From positions 7,712 to 71,711 of IMG/VR virus record IMGVR_UViG_3300027917_000042: a stretch of DNA of 64,000 nt; one strand, written 5' to 3'. A program made the position numbers and the translations under genes. Under the pieces are notes generated by a model. It saw only the letters and a list, made by a program, of their open reading frames with translations, made no database searches and was not told where the DNA came from. Of the stretch, positions 1 to 8,161 are shown one piece after another (position 1 is the first letter of the stretch; every line of letters starts with the position of its first letter). The stretch comes from a virus.

Positions 1-575
1 ATCGGCGGCATGACCTTCTTCCAGCGTTCACCGTTCTGGAAATAGATACGGTGAAGACTCACTGGCTGCCCCTGTGCGTCCTGAATCAGAGAGACGACGC
101 CGCAGTGCTTGCTGCCGGTCTTGGAATCCCACAGCTGGGTACTGCCACGCATGGTGGTCACCCCGTCCACGATGTGGGCAGGCAGGCGGCGGGATTCGAG
201 GTAGGAATACAGCGCCTGCTGGGCCTTGGCCTTCTGCCAGACCGCGTTGAGATTACGCCGCTTGTCCTCTTCCGACTGCACCGGGTGAAAGGGCGTGCTG
301 ACATCGATAGTGCCGAGGATCTTGTCGATCTCCTTGGCGACGGTTTCGAACGGTTGATCCATCCACTTCATCGCTAACTCAAAACCGAATCCCGGGCCAC
401 AGTTGTTGCAGTAGTAGGATCCGCTGCCGTCCTTGTCGTCGAATCGAAAGCGGTCCTTGCCACCGCACAGCGGACAGGGGCCATGCTCGTTTCTCAGAAA
501 TTTCTGATCGAGACCGAGGCCGACCAGTATGCCCGGCCACTTACCCCGGGCCAGTTCCTTGGTTCGTTGCTTCAT
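1..575 (-). CDS. DNA primase, P4/alpha-type N-terminal zinc-binding domain (partial, runs off left end)
   Basis: Not in the ORF track. Manual translation from ATG 575 (RBS AAGGAG) gives MKQRTKELARGKWPGIL...HGPCPLCGGKDRFRFDDKDGSGSYYCNNCGPG, the Prim_Zn_Ribbon signature, followed by YLESR..L and SLHRIY. Overlaps the helicase 3' end. Confidence 0.88.
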   Translation of the reverse strand, partial: MKQRTKELARGKWPGILVGLGLDQKFLRNEHGPCPLCGGKDRFRFDDKDGSGSYYCNNCGPGFGFELAMKWMDQPFETVAKEIDKILGTIDVSTPFHPVQSEEDKRRNLNAVWQKAKAQQALYSYLESRRLPAHIVDGVTTMRGSTQLWDSKTGSKHCGVVSLIQDAQGQPVSLHRIYFQNGERWKKVMPP

Positions 576-2094
576 GGGTTCTCCTTCGTTCCATGCTCTT
601 GGCATAGGCTATGTCGCAGTGGCGGACAAACCCCGCCACTTCCTTCGAGGGCGGCACCGCCCCCCAGTTGTCGTAGATTTCTTTCGCCGTGCTGTTCGGC
701 CACACACCGAACTTCTTGCGATAGGTATTGGCGACCCAACCATCGGCTCGGTTGCGCTCGGCCCTGATGTATTGAAGCTGCGCGTACCAGTTCTGTTTCT
801 CCTCCATGGTGAACGCTCGCTTCTTGGCGGTCTTCCTGCCCTTCAGCTCCATCAGGTCCGCGTGCCGGGTCTCCACCCAGCGGCCACGGCGCACCGGTTT
901 GTAGCCGCATTCCGGGCACTCCGGCTGGCTGTCGTAAGTGTGACCGCATTCCTTGCAGGTAATGATGCGCTGCTCGTTAAGCCGCGCCTCGTGCTGCTTG
1001 TTGTCATTGAGCGCCTTGCCCTCGGTCAGATGCCAGTCGCGCTCGTCGGTCACGAAACCATGCTCATAGACGTTGCCGGAATGGTCGATCAGCTTGCAGT
1101 GGTCCTTGCCCTCGGCTGGACGCAGCGTGCGCCCGGCCATCTGCAGATACAGGCCGACGTTCTTGGTCGGTCGCGCCAGTATGTTGCAGCCCAGCTCAGG
1201 CTCGTCAAAACCTTCGGTCAGCACCATGCAGTTCGAGATCACCTGAATCTCTCCCCGACGCAGCTCATCGAGAATCTTGTCCCGCTCGCTCCTGTCGGTG
1301 TCGCCATCGATGTGCGCCGCCTTCACGCCGTGCCTGCGGAACTCCTCGGCGATGTGCATGGAGTGCTGAACGCCGGATGCGAAGATGATGGTCTTGTCGT
1401 TGGGCGCGATGCGGGCCCAGTTGGTGTAGATGTCACCGACCAGCGACCGCTTGTCGAGAGCTTCCTGCAGATCCTTCTCGGCGTAATCGCCCATGCGCAC
1501 CTTGACGCCGGTCAGATCGGGGATCGTCGGGGCCCAGTAACGCACCGGCACGAGGTGGCCCATGTTGGTCAGCTCGGCCACGCTGGGGCAATGCACCATG
1601 TCGTGATAAAGGTGGCCCAGCCCTTTGCCATCGGAGCGCACCGGGGTCGCGGTCATACCGATGATCACTGCTTCCGGGTAAGCGTCCATCAGCTTGCGGT
1701 AGGTCGGTGCCAGCGAGCGGTGAGCCTCGTCGATGAAAATGATGTCGGCCTTCGGCAGCGGGATGCGGTTGGCGTTCATCGCCCGGACACGCAAGGTATC
1801 GATCGAAGCGACCTGCACCTCGTACTCGTACTGCAGGAACTCGCCCGCCATGATGATGCCGTGGTCGCAGCCGAATTCATGCAGCTTGTTGCCGCACTGG
1901 TGGACCAGCTCACGACGGTGAGCAAGGAACAGGATCCGGCTGCCCTTGTCTGCCGCTCGCTCGATCACGTGTGCCCCGATGACAGTCTTGCCCGATCCAG
2001 TCGGGGCGACCAGCAGCAGGCGTCGATGCCCGGCGGCGACCGATTGCCTCAGTTCAGAAACGGCGGTGCGCTGATAATCGCGTAGCGTAATCAT
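541..2094 (-). CDS. Superfamily 2 DEAD/DEAH-box helicase (ResIII/SSL2/RadD-like) with C-terminal Zn finger
   Basis: LRDYQ Q-motif, APTGSGKT (Walker A), DEAH, TATP, LTEGFD, QMAGRTLR; C-terminal CKECG..CPECG. Confidence 0.95.
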   Translation of the reverse strand: MITLRDYQRTAVSELRQSVAAGHRRLLLVAPTGSGKTVIGAHVIERAADKGSRILFLAHRRELVHQCGNKLHEFGCDHGIIMAGEFLQYEYEVQVASIDTLRVRAMNANRIPLPKADIIFIDEAHRSLAPTYRKLMDAYPEAVIIGMTATPVRSDGKGLGHLYHDMVHCPSVAELTNMGHLVPVRYWAPTIPDLTGVKVRMGDYAEKDLQEALDKRSLVGDIYTNWARIAPNDKTIIFASGVQHSMHIAEEFRRHGVKAAHIDGDTDRSERDKILDELRRGEIQVISNCMVLTEGFDEPELGCNILARPTKNVGLYLQMAGRTLRPAEGKDHCKLIDHSGNVYEHGFVTDERDWHLTEGKALNDNKQHEARLNEQRIITCKECGHTYDSQPECPECGYKPVRRGRWVETRHADLMELKGRKTAKKRAFTMEEKQNWYAQLQYIRAERNRADGWVANTYRKKFGVWPNSTAKEIYDNWGAVPPSKEVAGFVRHCDIAYAKSMERRRTHEATNQGTGPG

Positions 2095-2465
2095 GACGCT
2101 TTCTTCTTCTGGTCATGGTACTGCTTGCGCCAATGTGCCTTCAGGGCTTCCCGGTTGATGGCTTTCGAGTAGACCTCGTAGTTGATGACGCGCCAGCCCC
2201 ACGGTCTCGGCGGGGCACTCAGCTCGATGCGCCTGCCATCGTTCTCGTCACTGCGACTGTGAGGATCGGGCTCCATCAGCGCGGCCAGTCCACGCTCGAT
2301 GATCTCCAGCGGAATGGTGGTGCGGTTGCTCAGCGCCTGAGGGGTCATGTCTACCTCGCCGTCCTTGTCGGCAAATACGATCAGGACCATGAACGTGATG
2401 ATCGCTTCCCAGCCGCTGGCAACCAGAGATCCATCGAACATGGATTTGAAAATCTTCCCATACAT
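2091..2465 (-). CDS. Putative replication initiator/replisome-organiser N-terminal (winged-helix) protein, short form
   Basis: MYGKIFKSMFDGSL...ADKDGEV...PDPHSRS..GRRI...W.VINY..Y pattern typical of phage initiator N-termini. Coupled to the helicase by ATGA. RBS AGGAG. Confidence 0.65.
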   Translation of the reverse strand: MYGKIFKSMFDGSLVASGWEAIITFMVLIVFADKDGEVDMTPQALSNRTTIPLEIIERGLAALMEPDPHSRSDENDGRRIELSAPPRPWGWRVINYEVYSKAINREALKAHWRKQYHDQKKKAS

Positions 2466-2685
2466 GCGGTTCTCCTAGATTGTTCTAGTACTTAAATCCT
2501 TCTTCTCTCTGGATAGGGCTCTTCTCTTATTCTTAGATCTATATCTATATCTACATCTATATGGCGAGAAACTCAGAGAGTTTACTCGGAAACTCCGAGA
2601 GGATTGACGAGCCTCTGAGAAAACTCTTAGAAACTCTGAGAGTTTTCCGAGAGCCGCTGAAGCTACCACACAATGGGAGAAAAAA

Positions 2686-2727
2686 ATATAGCGTCTGCGC
2701 GCAGAGATATAGCGTCTGCGCGCAGAG
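2686..2727. repeat. Tandem repeat 2 x ATATAGCGTCTGCGCGCAGAG, each containing palindrome TCTGCGCGCAGA
   Basis: Read directly at 2686-2706 and 2707-2727. Confidence 0.95.
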
Positions 2728-2737
2728 ACACTTTTCT

Positions 2738-2767
2738 GTTTCAGGACGTTTCAGGACGTTTCAGGAC
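2738..2767. repeat. Tandem repeat 3 x GTTTCAGGAC
   Basis: Read directly. Overlaps the stop codon of the Cro-like gene. Confidence 0.95.
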
Positions 2768-3008
2768 GTGCATAACGGCGGATCTCGTCGGCAGTAAGCG
2801 GGTAGTTGTTGCGCTCGGCGCAGGCAATCAACCGCTCCATGGCAGAGGGCCTCGGGATCGACGGCTCGCGCTTCTCCCAGACGCGCAGGGTTTCATGTGA
2901 GACATCGATCAGCTCAGAAAACTGTTCCCGCGTAAGCCTCAGGGCCTCTCGAAAGCGCCGGACGGGATTGGGATGAAGGGGTCTTTGGTCGGGCATGTTG
3001 TCCGGCAT
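2751..3008 (-). CDS. Cro/XRE-family helix-turn-helix transcriptional regulator
   Basis: VRRFREALRLTREQFSELIDVSHETLRVWEKREPSIP is an HTH_3 pattern. Start chosen at ATG 3008 behind AAGGAG. Confidence 0.88.
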   Translation of the reverse strand: MPDNMPDQRPLHPNPVRRFREALRLTREQFSELIDVSHETLRVWEKREPSIPRPSAMERLIACAERNNYPLTADEIRRYARPETS

Positions 3009-3062
3009 TTCTTGCTCTCCTTGGATGGGTGTAATGGACACTCGCATGCTACCAGAAAGTGG

Positions 3063-3091
3063 TTGCCCTGATGGGGCCCCGGGTGTACGAT
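3063..3091 (+). promoter_or_regulatory. Putative sigma70-type promoter for the recombination operon
   Basis: TTGCCC-17 bp-TACGAT in the divergent intergenic region upstream of the YqaJ gene. Confidence 0.45.
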
Positions 3092-3136
3092 TTCAGTGAC
3101 CCCGGGCGCAGTGTCCGGGCAACACAGGAGAATCGC

Positions 3137-4096
3137 ATGGCGATCACCGAAAAGCAGAGAGAGTTTCGGCTCTCCGGCATCGGCGGTTCAGATGCCGGGG
3201 CTATCCTCAGGATCAGCCCGTTTCAGGAACCGTACACCCTGTACCTCGAAAAGATCGGCGAGCTGGAGCCGGAAGACATTTCCGGGCAGCCGCAGATTCG
3301 CTGGGGGCACCTGCTTGAAGAGCCCGTCGCGCAGGCGTATGTCGAAAAGACCGGGCGCAAGGTCCAGCGGGACAATCGTTCCTACCGGCACAAGCAGCAC
3401 CCGTTCATGATCGCTCACCTCGATCGCAAGGTCGTCGGTGAGAGGCGCGGGCTGGAGTGCAAGACCTCCGCGTTCGGCATCGGCTATGGGCAATCGGGCA
3501 CCAACGAGATCCCGCCCTACGTCTACGCTCAGGTGCAGCACTACATCAAGGTCCGCGAGTTCGACCAGTGGGATGTCGCCTGTCTGGTGGGCGGCAACGA
3601 CCTGCGCCTGTACGAGATCGGGCGCGACGATGAATTCATCGCCCGGCTGGTCGAGGCCGAGGAGGAATTCTGGGATCGCGTCGAGGCCCGGGTGCCGCCC
3701 TCGCCAACGTGGGAACACAGCGAGCTGATCAAGACTCTGCAGCGCATGTACCCGGGCACCAACGGCTCGGTTGTCGAGCTGCCCGAGGTGGCGCAGAAGT
3801 ACTTCGATGTGATGCAGGATGCCAAGGAAGTCATGAAGACTTACGAGGGCGTGGTGGATGGCTGCAAGACCCGCATCCAGATGCTGATGGGCGAAGCCTC
3901 GGTCGCGCTGCTACCCGATGGATCCTGCTTCACTCGCAAGGAGGTTACGCGCAAGGGTTACACCGTCGAGGACAAGTCGTTCCTCAATTTCACGCACACC
4001 AAGCGGGTGCCCAAGGTCGCGCAGGACGCGATCGAAAATGGCGACGTGCTGACCATCAGCAACGTGCTGATCGAGGGAGGGTCTAGCGATGAGTGA
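3137..4096 (+). CDS. YqaJ-like viral recombinase / lambda-exonuclease family
   Basis: R..GIGGSDAGAIL, WGHLLEEPVA, HPFMIAHLDR, LECKT, QVQHY motifs. Start at ATG 3137 behind AGGAG. Confidence 0.95.
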   Translation: MAITEKQREFRLSGIGGSDAGAILRISPFQEPYTLYLEKIGELEPEDISGQPQIRWGHLLEEPVAQAYVEKTGRKVQRDNRSYRHKQHPFMIAHLDRKVVGERRGLECKTSAFGIGYGQSGTNEIPPYVYAQVQHYIKVREFDQWDVACLVGGNDLRLYEIGRDDEFIARLVEAEEEFWDRVEARVPPSPTWEHSELIKTLQRMYPGTNGSVVELPEVAQKYFDVMQDAKEVMKTYEGVVDGCKTRIQMLMGEASVALLPDGSCFTRKEVTRKGYTVEDKSFLNFTHTKRVPKVAQDAIENGDVLTISNVLIEGGSSDE

Positions 4097-4907
4097 CATG
4101 AATCAAAACCCGGACGACCTCACCATGTCCAACATCGACGACGTCAGCGAGGCCGAGCGGCGCTACAAGCTGATCCACAATCTGGCGATCGTCTGCGCCA
4201 AGTCTTCCATGGTCCCGAGGTACTACCGGGACAACGTCAATGACGCCTTTGTCGCCATCCAGATGGGAGCCGAGCTGGGCCTGCCGCCGTTTCAGGCGAT
4301 CCAGTTCATCGCGCCGATCTACTCGGAGAAGAACGACGAGTGCCGCCCAACCCTGTGGGGCGATGGTCTGCTCGCCGTGGTGCGGGGCAGCAAGGTCTGC
4401 GAGTACGTCAGGGAGTGGCTATCAGACGACGGGCAGGAAGCCTTCTGCGAAACCAAGCGCAAGGGCGAGCCGGAGCCTGTCGTGCGGTCCTACACCATGG
4501 ACCGGGCCCGGGCCAATGGATTGCTGGGTAAGCCGATCTGGCGCAAGGATCCGCAGCGCATGCTGCAGATGCGGGCCCGGGGGTTCTGTCTTCGCGACGT
4601 CTACGCCGACATCCTGAAGGGCGTGGGCATGGCCGAGGAAGTCATGGACTATGACGCCCCGGTGCCGCCGCAAGACGTGCCGGAACACAAGGATCCGGTC
4701 GAGGAGGCTGCGCCGATCGTGGAGGAAGACACCACGCTTGATGACGTTCTTGACGACATCAAGGACGCCAAGTCCATGGCCGATCTGTTGAAGGCCGGGG
4801 ATGCAGCGAAGCGCCTGTCGGAAGAGGACAGGGGGAAAGCGCGGGACGCCTATGCGGCGAAGCGCACCGAGCTGAAGGAGAACCAGAAAGGAAACGACGA
4901 TGCCTAG
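4089..4907 (+). CDS. recT: RecT/Red-beta-like single-strand annealing protein
   Basis: AIQMGAELGLPPFQAIQ.I, RPTLWGDGLLAVV, W..DPQRMLQMRARGFCLRDVYADIL.G; lies between the exonuclease and ssb. Confidence 0.85.
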   Translation: MSDMNQNPDDLTMSNIDDVSEAERRYKLIHNLAIVCAKSSMVPRYYRDNVNDAFVAIQMGAELGLPPFQAIQFIAPIYSEKNDECRPTLWGDGLLAVVRGSKVCEYVREWLSDDGQEAFCETKRKGEPEPVVRSYTMDRARANGLLGKPIWRKDPQRMLQMRARGFCLRDVYADILKGVGMAEEVMDYDAPVPPQDVPEHKDPVEEAAPIVEEDTTLDDVLDDIKDAKSMADLLKAGDAAKRLSEEDRGKARDAYAAKRTELKENQKGNDDA

Positions 4908-5316
4908 CATGCAGAAGTTACAGCTAATCGGACACCTCGGGGGCGACCCCGAGGTTCGGTACACCAGTGGCGGCACTGCCGTCGCGAATTTCTCGGTGGC
5001 GACGACCGAGAAGTGGAAGGACAAGAACACAGGGGATCCACAGGAGCGCACCGAATGGCACAAGTGCGAGTGCTGGGGCAAGTCCGCCGAGCGGGCCGGA
5101 GAATGGCTCTCGAAGGGCAATCTGGTCTATGTCGAAGGCAAGCTCCAGACCGACAAGTGGCAGGACCGTGACGGCAACGACCGTTACACCACCAAGGTGC
5201 GCGTCGCCATGTGGGAGAATCTGAGCCCGAAGGAGCGTTCCGCACCGTCCAGACCGCAGGGAGGTCAGACCAATGCGCCGCAAGAGCCGCAGCTCGACGA
5301 CGACATCCCGTTCTGA
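4900..5316 (+). CDS. ssb: Single-stranded DNA-binding protein
   Basis: LIGHLGGDPEVRYT, TEWH, KGNLVYVEGKLQT; acidic tail DDDIPF. Confidence 0.98.
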   Translation: MPSMQKLQLIGHLGGDPEVRYTSGGTAVANFSVATTEKWKDKNTGDPQERTEWHKCECWGKSAERAGEWLSKGNLVYVEGKLQTDKWQDRDGNDRYTTKVRVAMWENLSPKERSAPSRPQGGQTNAPQEPQLDDDIPF

Positions 5317-5319
5317 GCA

Positions 5320-5508
5320 ATGCCTGACGCTCCCCCCGTATCTGGATCTCCGGGGCAGGGACGCAATCCTGCAGGACAGGACGCTGGCCCGCCGCCGATC
5401 TATCGCTCTCGGCTGGCTGGGTTCTGCATCCTTATTGGCTGCTCGGGTTGCACCCAGAGATGCCCCGGAGATCCAACCTGTTCCATCCTCAGGAAAGCCT
5501 TCAGATGA
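5320..5508 (+). CDS. Small Pro/Cys-rich hypothetical protein
   Basis: Fills the gap after ssb, and its stop overlaps the next ATG (ATGA). C-terminal Cys cluster. Confidence 0.4.
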   Translation: MPDAPPVSGSPGQGRNPAGQDAGPPPIYRSRLAGFCILIGCSGCTQRCPGDPTCSILRKAFR

Positions 5509-5900
5509 CGGATGAGGTCTGGACACGCATCGAGCAGTGGGCCCGCTGCAAGGTCTGGCTTAACCGGATAGAGGCGCGTCCGTTTGATGGCTTGCTGACG
5601 CGCAGCGACAAAGTGGTCAGCGTTGCCAACCTGTACGCCGGAGAAAAGGTCGCGGAGGACGAGGGTCACTACCTGATCGACGCCATGGCGTTCTACCAGC
5701 TGCGCGACTGGTCAGGGAAATTTCTCGTGCCCCACGTGTGTTTTGTGGCGCATTTCGAGGAGGATGCAGACGACATTCATGCGGTCTACCAGCGGGCATG
5801 GCCTGCGCATTCCGGGCAGCGATACGAGCTTACGGTCAAGCATGGCCTGCCACAGCTGAAGATCCCGAAGAACGAATTCAAGCTCTGTGAGGCGAGATGA
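5505..5900 (+). CDS. Hypothetical protein
   Basis: ATG 5505 with AGGA upstream; normal globular composition; in the operon. Confidence 0.65.
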   Translation: MTDEVWTRIEQWARCKVWLNRIEARPFDGLLTRSDKVVSVANLYAGEKVAEDEGHYLIDAMAFYQLRDWSGKFLVPHVCFVAHFEEDADDIHAVYQRAWPAHSGQRYELTVKHGLPQLKIPKNEFKLCEAR

Positions 5901-5978
5901 AAATTTTGAAACGGTGGTGGAAATTTTTGACCGCAGACTTGCCGGACCTGTCTGACTGGGGCCGGTGAAGGTGGAACC

Positions 5979-6245
5979 ATGAACAAGAGCAGACTATTCA
6001 TGATCGCCATGTTGTTCGTCTGGGTGAACGCCGAGGCCGAGACTATGGTGGGTGATTATCCGTGGTGTGCCACAGACGGCTATATCTACGAGTGCTACTA
6101 CACCAACCCGTCCAGATGCGAGGAAGCGGCTGAGATGGCCGGAGAATCGCGCTGGTGCGAAAGGAACCCCGAGGTCTACGAGCTGGGTCGCCCGTGGGAG
6201 AAGTACCGCAGGCCGGGCTGGCATGGAGACTACGGCGACATCTGA
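5979..6245 (+). CDS. Small secreted Cys-rich protein, DUF3551-like
   Basis: Signal peptide ending AEA, then DYPWC...C.Y....C...A......C..NP. Confidence 0.7.
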   Translation: MNKSRLFMIAMLFVWVNAEAETMVGDYPWCATDGYIYECYYTNPSRCEEAAEMAGESRWCERNPEVYELGRPWEKYRRPGWHGDYGDI

Positions 6246-6337
6246 TAGACTCCGGGGCGTACCTCCCCAAAAGGTGCGTTCTCGAACTTGGCAGTGAGAA
6301 TCTCCGGCAGGCTTGCAAGGCCCTTATGGAGAATTCC

Positions 6338-6378
6338 GGCCCCTGATTGGCTTACCGGCCTTGATGGGGCCTTTTTTT
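6338..6378 (+). terminator. Rho-independent terminator
   Basis: GGCCCC...GGGGCC stem followed by T7. Confidence 0.7.
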
Positions 6379-6408
6379 GTGCGCAAATCTGCGCAACCCC
6401 ACCAGAAC

Positions 6409-6459
6409 TCAATGACTTAGGTCGCGCAACCCGGCCAACAAACCCTTGTAAGTCATTGA
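6409..6459. repeat. 11-bp perfect inverted repeat TCAATGACTTA / TAAGTCATTGA with 29-bp spacer
   Basis: Read directly at 6409-6419 and 6449-6459. Confidence 0.9.
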
Positions 6460-6481
6460 TCTAAGCCCTAAAACTGCAGTG

Positions 6482-6490
6482 TGATATAAT
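6482..6490 (+). promoter_or_regulatory. Extended -10 promoter TGnTATAAT
   Basis: TGATATAAT in an AT-rich region ~60 bp upstream of ATG 6550. Confidence 0.7.
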
Positions 6491-6549
6491 GTAATTGTGG
6501 TAAATCACTGTATTACCACGTGTTCTTTAACAACCAAAGGAGAACCGCC

Positions 6550-6789
6550 ATGCAGAAACGTCTGCAGTACGAGGTGCGTCGCATCCGCAAGGGCCCCCAC
6601 GCTGGCAAGTGGATATGGGAAGTCGGATACATCGATCAGATCGTGCCGGGTTTCAACTGTTTCTCCATCGAGGCGTCCTCCCGGGGCAGCCGTCGATGGG
6701 ACGACCCGGAGAAGATCGGCCTGTATACCCACGCCATTGCCGCTCGCAGCGCGGCCCGAGCCGCCATCCGCAAACTGGGAGGTGCGTGA
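6550..6789 (+). CDS. Small basic hypothetical protein
   Basis: RBS AAAGGAG; coupled (TGATG) to the next gene. Confidence 0.75.
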   Translation: MQKRLQYEVRRIRKGPHAGKWIWEVGYIDQIVPGFNCFSIEASSRGSRRWDDPEKIGLYTHAIAARSAARAAIRKLGGA

Positions 6790-7055
6790 TGCAAGTAGTC
6801 AAGTACCGGCACCCGGTCCAAGGGCTGGGAACCAAGGCGGCACTGGTCGTCGAGAAGCGCACGCTGCTCCACATCCTTTTCATGGATGGCAAGCTGCACC
6901 CGCGCACGGCACCGAAGTCCGAGCAGCGTTACATGACGCCGCTCACCAAGAACGGCAAGCCCTACCCACTGGGCAGGGCGAAACGGCTCTTCCGCCACTA
7001 CGGCAGGGCTTTCGGGATGACCAAGGCAGCCCAACGCTTTCTCTCCGAAGCGTAA
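6789..7055 (+). CDS. Small basic hypothetical protein
   Basis: RBS GGAGGT, start overlaps the previous stop, followed by a terminator. Confidence 0.75.
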   Translation: MQVVKYRHPVQGLGTKAALVVEKRTLLHILFMDGKLHPRTAPKSEQRYMTPLTKNGKPYPLGRAKRLFRHYGRAFGMTKAAQRFLSEA

Positions 7056-7061
7056 CCAGAG

Positions 7062-7092
7062 GGGGCCCGCACTCGCGGGCCCCTTCCTTTTT
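7062..7092 (+). terminator. Rho-independent terminator
   Basis: GGGGCCCGC-ACTC-GCGGGCCCC then TTCCTTTTT. Confidence 0.85.
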
Positions 7093-7143
7093 GGGCCGTA
7101 TTACCTGATACTGGTATTGCGATGTTGATACAGGTAACAGCCC

Positions 7144-7344
7144 ATGACGACTGCAAAGACCCAGCGGGTCCACGACGCGCAGCCGCCGACTGTCGTTCGA
7201 ATCACGCGCATTGCCTATCGATGCGGCTGCACCAAGACCATTGGTCCATGGACCAAGGGTGACACTCCAGCCATGTGCCTGACACATGGCTCGACCGTCG
7301 CCAGCGTCGAACACACCGACAAGGAAATCCACCCGGCAGCCTAA
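7144..7344 (+). CDS. Small hypothetical protein, possible Zn-binding (CGC...C..H)
   Basis: Last + strand ORF before convergence with the late operon. Confidence 0.45.
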   Translation: MTTAKTQRVHDAQPPTVVRITRIAYRCGCTKTIGPWTKGDTPAMCLTHGSTVASVEHTDKEIHPAA

Positions 7345-7646
7345 CGATTTTCGCCACAGTAACGACTGTTCGGATACTGGAGGCACAGCTCATCGAGCAA
7401 TTCCTCCAGCTCATCCATGACATCGTCGTACCACTCGGTATCCCCGGCACGCTCGGCTTCCCGTAGCTCCTTGCGCAGGTCACGGATGTCCGACTCCATG
7501 TAGTCCTGATGGAACTGCTGGAATTCGGCTGCCTTGACGTAACGAGTATCGACGGCGAACACGGTCGAGACAAACCCGGCCAGCAGAACGATGTTGGTGA
7601 CCACCGAGCCGATGTGCAGGCTCTTGCTGATTCCAGCCATAGTCAA
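7341..7646 (-). CDS. Membrane-anchored coiled-coil protein in the lysis cassette
   Basis: One N-terminal hydrophobic helix then acidic coiled coil; coupled to the holin-like gene. Confidence 0.6.
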   Translation of the reverse strand: MTMAGISKSLHIGSVVTNIVLLAGFVSTVFAVDTRYVKAAEFQQFHQDYMESDIRDLRKELREAERAGDTEWYDDVMDELEELLDELCLQYPNSRYCGENR

Positions 7647-8158
7647 TGCTCCTGTGCCGCCATGACTTGCGTCTTCTGCTTGCTGCCCACGCTGGACCCG
7701 AACCAGAAGTCCATCACCTTCATGACCCCAGCAGTGAGGACGCCGACCAGACCGGCGACCAGCTCTTCAGCGCCCTCCGGCGGGTGCCAGTCGCCCGAGA
7801 CCAGCAGGTAGAGCATGACGAAGTAGCCTAGCGTATAGACCACGGACAGCACCACCTGCGGCCACATGCCGAGCTTCGCCGCCATCTCGCGGGCGCTGCC
7901 CCGGTCCTTCTGGTGCAACTCCTGCTCGCGGATGCCCAGCTCGCGCATCTTGGTCTTGAAGGTCTGGTCGCTTTCCTTGACCTTCATCAGCACCTCCGGG
8001 TTGCCGGAGAGTATGGCCTCCTCGACCTTGTCCTCCTCGATACCCAGAGCCTCACCCAGCACGGCGACTGCCATGCCGCCGAACGGGCCTCCGACTGCGG
8101 TCGCCACCGTGGGTGCCAACTTCTTCAGCACCGACAGGGCTTTTTTCCCAAAGCTCAT
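7643..8158 (-). CDS. Holin-like protein (3TM gene-transfer-release holin-like)
   Basis: APTVATAVGGPFGG, DRGSARE, two C-terminal TM segments, FWFGSS.GS motif; next to the endolysin. Confidence 0.78.
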   Translation of the reverse strand: MSFGKKALSVLKKLAPTVATAVGGPFGGMAVAVLGEALGIEEDKVEEAILSGNPEVLMKVKESDQTFKTKMRELGIREQELHQKDRGSAREMAAKLGMWPQVVLSVVYTLGYFVMLYLLVSGDWHPPEGAEELVAGLVGVLTAGVMKVMDFWFGSSVGSKQKTQVMAAQEH

Positions 8159-8161
8159 CGC

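Larger units (their letters stand above)
2480..2770. promoter_or_regulatory. Probable phage replication origin (AT-rich/purine-pyrimidine tract plus iterons)
   Basis: Non-coding region with an AT-rich TCTATATCTATATCTACATCTATAT tract (~2539-2562), degenerate AAACTC.GAGA iterons (2567-2653), a 21-bp tandem repeat and a 10-bp tandem repeat. Adjacent to the initiator, helicase and primase genes. Confidence 0.65.

Noticed and set aside
529-2085. 518-aa + strand ORF, and the many other long antisense ORFs (e.g. 13498-14700, 45908-47113, 47672-48859, 61030-62151)
   Set aside because: Shadow frames of GC3-rich genes on the opposite strand; no motifs or RBS.
2475-2669. 64-aa ORF with RCRYRYR
   Set aside because: Low-complexity translation of the ori repeat tract; no convincing RBS.
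2686-2767. Tandem repeats as a possible CRISPR array
   Set aside because: Repeats are directly adjacent with no spacers, and no cas genes are present.
7341-7646. Possible i-spanin
   Set aside because: No overlapping or adjacent lipoprotein (lipobox) gene found; kept only as a membrane protein.
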